Assembly: GCA_963699755.1 (NCBI GenBank)
Contig: CAVOVB010000002.1
Span: 672,001-736,000 of the forward strand
Reading direction: 5' to 3'
Source: an uncultured delta proteobacterium
Lineage (GTDB): Bacteria; Myxococcota_A; Polyangia; Polyangiales; Houyiibacteriaceae
DNA length: 64,000 nt
Both the position numbers and the translations under genes were made by a program. The notes under the pieces are model-generated. The model saw only the letters and a program-made list of their open reading frames with translations. It was not told the origin of the DNA and searched no databases. Positions within the stretch are counted from its first letter, which is position 1. Every line of letters begins with the position of its first letter. Below, piece after piece: positions 57,547-64,000 of the stretch.

Positions 57547-59262
57547 ATGCGATACTCGCGTGCCTTCATTCCGACACTCAAGGAAGTTCCCAAGGACGCG
57601 ACCATGCCGTCGCACGTGCTCATGCTACGCGCGGGGTACGCACGGATGGTGGGCGCGGGCATCTACGAGCTGCTGCCTCTGGGGACGCGAGTCCTTCACA
57701 AGATCGAACAGGTCATCCGTGACGAGATGGATGCAGCCGGAGCACAGGAGCTGCTCATGCCGACTTTGCTGCCTGGCGAGTACTTCAAGGAGACCGGACG
57801 CTGGGACTTGTACGGCCCGACCCTCTTTCGGATCAAGGACCGCAAGGGGGGCGAGTACCATCTGGCACCGACCCACGAGGAGATCATCACCGACCTCGTT
57901 CGTCGTGAGGTCAAGAGTTACCGACAGCTGCCGCTGAACTTGTATCAAATCCAGCTGAAGTACCGCGATGAGCCCCGGCCCCGCGCTGGGCTGCTCCGCT
58001 GCCGCGAGTTCATCATGAAGGACGCGTACTCCTTCGACGTGTCCGAGGAAGCAGCCCTGCGAAGCTACGAGCAGATGCGGGAGACCTATCACCGCATCTT
58101 CACTCGGCTTGGGCTCGAATTCCGCGTCGTCGCGGCCGATAGTGGCGCCATTGGTGGCAAGCAGAGCGCCGAATTCCAGGTTCTCGCGCAAACCGGCGAG
58201 GACTGGATCGTCGCTTGCGGCGCCTGCAACTACGCCGCCAACGCCGAGGTCGCGCAGGCAGGCCGAGCGACGCCTCCCACTACAACGTCGGCCGTCGCAG
58301 AGGCGATCGAAAAGGTCGAAACGCCGGACGCTCGATCGATCGACGAGGTCGTGGCCTTCTTTGGCGGTGAAACCACCGCAGCAGACACGCTCAAGTCGCT
58401 GCTCTATCTGGCCGGCGATGAGCTCGTCTTGGCTGTCGTTCGCGGCGACCACGAGGTCAACGAGATCCGCTTGGCTAGGCACCTCGGCGTCGAAGAGGTG
58501 CTGCTTGCGTCCGATGCCGCCGTGAAGAAAGCGACGGGTACGGAAATTGGTTTCGTTGGTCCGGTCGGATTCAGCGGGCGAATCATCGCCGATCCCGATG
58601 CAGCCGCGGTCCCGAACGCGATCGCGGGCGCCAGCGAAACTCCCTACCACTACAAGTCCGTCAATCACGGACGCGACTTCGAAGCGGAGCTGGTATCCAT
58701 CCGACAAGCTGTCTCCGGCGACCCATGCCCCAACTGCGATGGCAAGCTCGAGCTTTACCGCGGCATCGAGGGCGGACACATCTTCATCCTCGGCACTCAC
58801 TACAGCGAAAAGATGAACGCGGCTTTTCTCGATGAGGCAGGGAAGAGTCACTCGATCGTCATGGGCTGCTACGGCATTGGTGTGAGTCGCCTGGTCGCCG
58901 CGATCATCGAGCAGCATCATGACGATCACGGCATACGTTGGCCCGTCCAGGTCGCTCCCTATCAAGTGATCGTCACTCCAATCGGCAAAGATGAAGCGCC
59001 GCTCGCCAAAGCCACCGCAATCTACGAGGCGCTCCAGGCTGCCGGCATCGACGCCCTGCTCGACGATCGCTCAGAGCGACCCGGAGTCAAGTTCAAGGAC
59101 GCCGATTTGCTAGGGATTCCTCTGAGAATCACGGTAGGCTCACGGGGCCTCAGCCAGGGCACGGTCGAGATGAAGAAACGCACCGAAAGCGAATCGCAAG
59201 ACCTGCCGGTAGACGAGGCGGTTCCAGCGGCTTGGGCCGCCCTGGCCGAGCTTGGAGCCTGA
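57547..59262 (+). CDS. proS: Proline--tRNA ligase (bacterial type with INS editing domain)
   Basis: PTLKE, LAPTHEE, KYRDEPRPR.GL.R.REF.MKDAYSF, GHIF.LG, MGCYGIGVSR, GVKFKDADL. Confidence 0.97.
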   Translation: MRYSRAFIPTLKEVPKDATMPSHVLMLRAGYARMVGAGIYELLPLGTRVLHKIEQVIRDEMDAAGAQELLMPTLLPGEYFKETGRWDLYGPTLFRIKDRKGGEYHLAPTHEEIITDLVRREVKSYRQLPLNLYQIQLKYRDEPRPRAGLLRCREFIMKDAYSFDVSEEAALRSYEQMRETYHRIFTRLGLEFRVVAADSGAIGGKQSAEFQVLAQTGEDWIVACGACNYAANAEVAQAGRATPPTTTSAVAEAIEKVETPDARSIDEVVAFFGGETTAADTLKSLLYLAGDELVLAVVRGDHEVNEIRLARHLGVEEVLLASDAAVKKATGTEIGFVGPVGFSGRIIADPDAAAVPNAIAGASETPYHYKSVNHGRDFEAELVSIRQAVSGDPCPNCDGKLELYRGIEGGHIFILGTHYSEKMNAAFLDEAGKSHSIVMGCYGIGVSRLVAAIIEQHHDDHGIRWPVQVAPYQVIVTPIGKDEAPLAKATAIYEALQAAGIDALLDDRSERPGVKFKDADLLGIPLRITVGSRGLSQGTVEMKKRTESESQDLPVDEAVPAAWAALAELGA

Positions 59263-59266
59263 GCAG

Positions 59267-59461
59267 ATGTCCACCGACTCCGAGGCATACGAGACACCGA
59301 AGCGGCGCACGGGCTGGCTCCTGCTTGGCTTCTTACTGCTGGTCGGAATCGGTGTCGTCACCGTGCTGCAGCCCGAGATCGAAGACGAACCAGGCGAAGA
59401 TCTGGCTGGCGAAATCGAGACGAGCGAAGCGCGAGGACCCGACGAACCTTTGCAAGAATGA
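59267..59461 (+). CDS. Small single-pass membrane protein
   Basis: 64 aa: PKRR, one TM helix, acidic tail. Starts 4 bp after proS. Confidence 0.55.
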   Translation: MSTDSEAYETPKRRTGWLLLGFLLLVGIGVVTVLQPEIEDEPGEDLAGEIETSEARGPDEPLQE

Positions 59462-59550
59462 AGCGTACAACGGCAGTTTGCGTATAACGGGGTGTGTCGG
59501 CAATTGAACCTTTGCGTTTCGAGTCAGAAATTTGTCATCTTATAGGGAAC

Positions 59551-61923
59551 GTGACTTCACGCGTTCTCATCGCATTGCCCTCGGTAGCGCTGCTCTTCGC
59601 ATCGCTCCCGGCTGCCGTGAACGCAGCTCCTGACGTGCCGATGTGTCTGGCGGATTCTGCTAACGTAAGCTTGGCGCCAACTGGGATCGGGCAATGGCGC
59701 GGACCGATGTGCGGTCCGTACTTCAGCGCCTTCGCGATCGGAGATGCACAACCGCCCAGGGCGCGCGCGATCGAGGCGTATCGTGAGGCCGGAGAGCAGA
59801 TCCTTGCGACGAACTACGACGAGGCCCGCCTGCAGCTCGACCTCGCCCATCGAGGCCTCCCGCGGATCAGCGACCGGATCGCACTGCAGATTGCCCGGCT
59901 CGAGCTCCTTCGGGGTCGACCCGAGCAGGCCGTAGAATTCTTCGCCGAAGCCACGCAAAGCCCACATGAATCGGTGCGCGTGGACGCAAGCTTCGGCCGG
60001 GTTCTGTCACTTCTGCGCGCGGACCATCCCGGCGCGGATCAGGCCCTCAGCGAGCTCGTATCGACGTACCCATCGATGCCCAATGGCGACGAGCTTCTCT
60101 TCGAGCAGGCGCAGAGCCTTCTGCGCCGGGCCCGCCTCGAGGAGGCGATGGCTACCATGCATACCATCCGCGTCGAATACCCCGGGGGTCGCACGGCAAG
60201 TTGGGCCGAATCCGAGCTTGCTCGCCTGAGGGCGGCCGGCCACGACGCTCCGTCGATGACAGACGAAGAACAGGTGCGCCGGGCGCGCCTCCTGGTTCGT
60301 AGCGGACCGCTCGATGACGCGAAAGCGACGATCGCGGAGCTGCTCGATCGCCCTCTATCAGGAACGCTGCATGCCGAGGTCCACTACCTGGCCGGTCGAC
60401 TCGCGCGCGACGAAGGCCGCTGGCAAGCCGCAGAAACGTACTTGCGAACGGCTCAACTGTTCTCCATCGAGAATGTAGCGACCGCACAACACATCGAAAA
60501 CCGCGCAAACGACATGGCGGCAACCGCGAGTGCGCGTGACCCCGAGCATGCACGCTTGCACCTGAGCAGTTTGCGAGCCGGTCGTTCCGACATCTCGATT
60601 CCAAGCAACCGGCTGGTCGAGATGGTACGCGTCGCCGCGGCCGCAGGGCTTCGAGAGGAGGTCGACGCTCTCCTCAGCTCCCTGAGCAAACGAGCCGCTG
60701 CACCATCCAACCTAGTCTTCGAGGCTGCGATGGCTGCCGTTGGCACCGGCCGCGAGGATCTGATCATCTTGCTTCTGGAAGACCTGGTGAAGCGTCCCGG
60801 CTCCCGCCACCGGACCGCGGCCCTCTACCATCTGGCCAGAGCCCACGAACGCGGGGAACGGCCTACCGAGGCCGCCCTCTTCTTTGCCCGTGCCAAAGCG
60901 GATGCCGAGCTTGCCGGAGACGATTACTACGCGCTTTGGGCGAGCAATGGGCTCGAGCGGGTCCAGGGCGGCACCCAGAGCACCGGACAAGAGGGGCTCT
61001 CGGACTCGAACACGCAAGCGTTACCCCGCCCACCGCGGTCCTCGAGCCGAGCGCTCGCGAAGAAGCTAGGGCCGATCGGCGAGCGGCACCTCGACAGCTT
61101 TCCTTGGATCGCGCGCGCGGTCGATCTCCTTCGAGTGGATGAGCCCGACGCGGCGACCGCCGAATTGTTCGAGGCGTACCTGAGCTGGCGCGATGCGCTC
61201 GGGAAACCCATCGCGAGGGCCGGATTGAACTGCGTGGCACGCGCAGACAGCCGTGCGCACGAACGGATTGCAAGTGACGTTCGTGCTGCGCGCCTCAGTC
61301 TCTCCGACGAAGATCGCGCCACGCTCTCCATGGTGGCCGCGACGCTCGGCGACATAGGAACGGCCGGTGGCTTTGCCGGACCCGACTTCGTCGAGAGCCG
61401 GCCGCGCGCCTATGAATGGCTCGTCGTACCCGCAGCGAACCGATACGGGCTCGACCCGAACCTCTTGCTCGCGGTCATGCGGGTCGAAAGCGCGTACCAG
61501 AAACACATCGTCTCGTACGCCGGCGCCGTCGGGCTCATGCAGATCATGCCGCGAACGGGGCGCCTGATCGCTCAGACGCTAGGCCGCGACGACTTCACAC
61601 CTGCCGAGTTGCTCGATCCGGGCCTCAATCTCGAATTCGCCGCCTGGTACCTGACCTCTTTGATCCGGCGGTTCGACGGGCGTCTCCCGCTGGCCATCGC
61701 TGCATACAACGGCGGGCCGCACAACGTGCGCCGCTGGATTCAAGCGGGCTCGGAGGAGACCCCGCTCGACGTCTTGCTCGAGCGGATTCCCTTCACCCAG
61801 ACTCACCGATACGTACGCAAAGTGTTGGTGCATTACGAGGCCTACCGGCAGCAACGTGAGCTCCCGATGCCGCAACTGTCAGTACAGCTACCCGAGCAGC
61901 GTATCGATCCGCTAGCCTTTTAG
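59551..61923 (+). CDS. Soluble lytic murein transglycosylase (Slt70-like, helical repeats + SLT domain)
   Basis: AVMRVES, GAVGLMQIMP.T, AAYNGGP, IPF..T..YV. Signal-peptide-like N-terminus from GTG 59551; start uncertain. Confidence 0.9.
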   Translation: MTSRVLIALPSVALLFASLPAAVNAAPDVPMCLADSANVSLAPTGIGQWRGPMCGPYFSAFAIGDAQPPRARAIEAYREAGEQILATNYDEARLQLDLAHRGLPRISDRIALQIARLELLRGRPEQAVEFFAEATQSPHESVRVDASFGRVLSLLRADHPGADQALSELVSTYPSMPNGDELLFEQAQSLLRRARLEEAMATMHTIRVEYPGGRTASWAESELARLRAAGHDAPSMTDEEQVRRARLLVRSGPLDDAKATIAELLDRPLSGTLHAEVHYLAGRLARDEGRWQAAETYLRTAQLFSIENVATAQHIENRANDMAATASARDPEHARLHLSSLRAGRSDISIPSNRLVEMVRVAAAAGLREEVDALLSSLSKRAAAPSNLVFEAAMAAVGTGREDLIILLLEDLVKRPGSRHRTAALYHLARAHERGERPTEAALFFARAKADAELAGDDYYALWASNGLERVQGGTQSTGQEGLSDSNTQALPRPPRSSSRALAKKLGPIGERHLDSFPWIARAVDLLRVDEPDAATAELFEAYLSWRDALGKPIARAGLNCVARADSRAHERIASDVRAARLSLSDEDRATLSMVAATLGDIGTAGGFAGPDFVESRPRAYEWLVVPAANRYGLDPNLLLAVMRVESAYQKHIVSYAGAVGLMQIMPRTGRLIAQTLGRDDFTPAELLDPGLNLEFAAWYLTSLIRRFDGRLPLAIAAYNGGPHNVRRWIQAGSEETPLDVLLERIPFTQTHRYVRKVLVHYEAYRQQRELPMPQLSVQLPEQRIDPLAF

Positions 61924-61956
61924 TGGCCTTCGAATAGGCTTGTGTCGGGGAAAGAA

Positions 61957-63066
61957 ATGTCCGAAGCGGTGGATGCGGTCGTGATCGGGGCAGGCGTGGT
62001 GGGCCTGGCTTGCGCGTACGAGCTCTCTCAGAAGCTCGACTCGGTAGTGGTCCTCGAGCGGGAGGTCGGTCCGGGACGGGAGATTTCGAGTCGAAACAGC
62101 GGCGTGGTGCACGCGGGGATTTACTACCCGCGAGACTCGCTCAAGACGCGGCTCTGCATCGAAGGAAACCGGCGCCTCTACACATGGTGCGAAGCGCACG
62201 AGGTCCCGCACAAGCACACCGGGAAGCTGATCGTGGCGACGAGCGCAGAGGACGAAGAACGGCTTCGCGCAATCGCCCGCCACGCGCGAGAAGTCGGCGC
62301 AGGGGAGCTTCGCCTCATGAGCGGAGCCGAGGCGCGCGAGCAGGAGCCCGAGCTTCGATGCGAGCTCGCGCTTCATTCTCCAACCTCGGGCGTGGTCGAT
62401 GTACACGAGCTGATCGCGAGCCTCGTCTACCAGATCATCGAGGCTGACGGCATGGTCGTCTACCACACAGGGGTCGACGCGATCCGCAGGACCGACGATG
62501 GCTGGCTGGTTCAGACCACGGACAGCACCGGAACCCAGACGGAGCTCTTGGCGCGGCGCGTCGTGAACGCCGCTGGGCTTTCGGCGCTCGACGTCGCCGA
62601 AAAGTCGGGACTTCCCGAGGCCGAACGGCCTTGGCGCCTCTACCCGTGCAAGGGCTCATACTTCGCACTCGGCTCTGGCGCTCCCAAGACGCGCAACAGC
62701 CTGATCTATCCGCTGCCCTCCGGCGGTGGCCTCGGCGTTCACATCACTGCCGATATCACTGGCGCACGGCGCGCAGGCCCCGACGCCGAGTTCGTCGATA
62801 CGATCGACTACGCGGTCGACGAATCCCGACTCGAGCTTTTCGCCCAGGCCGTCGCGCGCTACCTCCCAGCGATCCGGCCGGAGCACTTGACGCCAGACTA
62901 CAGTGGGATACGGCCGAAGCTGGTCGGTCCCGAGGGCGGGTTCGCGGACTTCGTCATTCGCGAGCCGGTGTCGCAGCCTGGGCTCGTGCACCTGATTGGT
63001 ATCGAATCTCCAGGGCTGACAGCCGCGCTTGCCATCGGTGCGCACGTGTCCGAGAGAATCGCGTAG
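61957..63066 (+). CDS. FAD-dependent oxidoreductase, L-2-hydroxyglutarate dehydrogenase (LhgO)-like
   Basis: VIGAGVVG, SSRNSGVVHAGIYY..SLK, KGSYF, LIYP, GLGVH, YSGIRPK, GIESPGLT. Confidence 0.9.
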   Translation: MSEAVDAVVIGAGVVGLACAYELSQKLDSVVVLEREVGPGREISSRNSGVVHAGIYYPRDSLKTRLCIEGNRRLYTWCEAHEVPHKHTGKLIVATSAEDEERLRAIARHAREVGAGELRLMSGAEAREQEPELRCELALHSPTSGVVDVHELIASLVYQIIEADGMVVYHTGVDAIRRTDDGWLVQTTDSTGTQTELLARRVVNAAGLSALDVAEKSGLPEAERPWRLYPCKGSYFALGSGAPKTRNSLIYPLPSGGGLGVHITADITGARRAGPDAEFVDTIDYAVDESRLELFAQAVARYLPAIRPEHLTPDYSGIRPKLVGPEGGFADFVIREPVSQPGLVHLIGIESPGLTAALAIGAHVSERIA

Positions 63067-63120
63067 GGGGTTGCGTCCCCGGCTGCGGGTATGCATAACC
63101 CGAGCTTCAAAAGGAGCACT

Positions 63121-64000
63121 ATGAGCCATCGAGTCTTGATCATCGGCAGCGGACCTGCAGCCCACACGGCCGCTATTTATGCGGCGCGCGCCGAGCTGAA
63201 ACCCGTCCTGTTCGAAGGCTTCATGGCGGGTGGCGTCGCAGCTGGCGGGCAGCTGACCACAACCACAGATGTCGAGAACTTCCCTGGTTTTCCCGAAGGC
63301 ATCATGGGCCCGGAGCTGACCGACCGATTTCGCGCGCAGTCGCTGCGCTTTGGCACTACGATCCACACGGAAACCGTCAACGAGATCGACCTCTCGAGCC
63401 GCCCCTTCCGCTTCAAGGCCGACGCCCAAGAAGGAAGCGCGGACGCCGTCATCATCGCGACCGGGGCAACGGCCAAGCGGCTCGACATCCCTGGCGCCAA
63501 CGACGGGGAGCTCTGGCAAAAGGGCATTTCGGCCTGCGCGGTCTGTGACGGTGCCCTTCCGGCGTTTCGCAATCAACCGCTCGTGGTGATCGGGGGTGGC
63601 GACTCCGCGGTCGAAGAAGCGTCCTTTCTCACCAAATACGGCTCCACCGTCTACATCGTTCACCGGCGCGATGAGCTCCGCGCCTCGAAGATCATGCAGC
63701 AGCGCGCCATGGAGAATCCAAAAATCGAAATGCTCTGGTCGCATGTGGTCACGCAGGCCAAGGGGACCGACTTCCTCGAGGCCGTCCGCGTGAAAGACCT
63801 GAAGACCGACGAGGAGCATGACATTCCGGCGGCGGGCCTCTTCTTCGCCATCGGCCACATACCGAATACCGCGTTCTTGAACGGCCAGATCGACACCGAC
63901 GAACAGGGCTACATCGTCACGAAACCCGATTCGACCCAAACCAATGTCCCTGGGGTGTTCGCCGCGGGCGATGTGCAGGACAAGAAATGGCGACAGGCGG
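63121..64000 (+). CDS. trxB: Thioredoxin-disulfide reductase (3' end runs off the window)
   Basis: Not in the ORF track. Manual translation: [20 protein letters not shown]...[16 protein letters not shown]...SACAVCDG...GGGDSA.EEA...HRRD...[19 protein letters not shown]. Confidence 0.96.
   Translation, partial: MSHRVLIIGSGPAAHTAAIYAARAELKPVLFEGFMAGGVAAGGQLTTTTDVENFPGFPEGIMGPELTDRFRAQSLRFGTTIHTETVNEIDLSSRPFRFKADAQEGSADAVIIATGATAKRLDIPGANDGELWQKGISACAVCDGALPAFRNQPLVVIGGGDSAVEEASFLTKYGSTVYIVHRRDELRASKIMQQRAMENPKIEMLWSHVVTQAKGTDFLEAVRVKDLKTDEEHDIPAAGLFFAIGHIPNTAFLNGQIDTDEQGYIVTKPDSTQTNVPGVFAAGDVQDKKWRQA

Noticed and set aside
1..64000. tRNA, rRNA, CRISPR arrays, transposases, integrases, prophage
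   Set aside because: None recognised; intergenic gaps are short and no regular repeat-spacer pattern was seen by eye.

Overview
A gene-dense, GC-rich bacterial chromosomal window with about 50 CDS. The gene content suggests Myxococcota or another deltaproteobacterial lineage (Hanks kinase with PEGA domains, paired ArsA ATPases, DUF2914, RpoD-like paralog); this is inference. No rRNA, tRNA, CRISPR array, transposase or prophage was recognised. Housekeeping genes are orn, cysD/cysN, rsgA, proS and a partial trxB. Much of the rest is lipid/acyl-CoA metabolism: a biotin carboxylase pair, a mycobacterial-type FadA/FadB with a FadL channel, a second HAD with an SCP2-type thiolase, an acyl-CoA dehydrogenase, a Rieske oxygenase, and a diiron oxygenase with its reductase and MerR regulator. 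Main points of interest: (1) a full SLC4/Band-3-type transporter fused to a PTS-EIIA-like domain; (2) an EXPERA/TMEM97-like protein abutting an HSDH-like SDR; (3) a 22-bp palindrome matching the KstR operator upstream of fadA-fadB-fadL; (4) a reductase-MerR-diiron operon whose two enzymes share an unexplained N-terminal motif; (5) two convergent MenA-like prenyltransferases around an unknown protein; (6) a 185-bp element with 26-bp perfect inverted ends beside an SDR pseudogene; (7) a plant/fungal-like TrxR; (8) degenerate kinase domains in CysN and Wzc. All family calls come from motifs recognised by eye; no searches were run.
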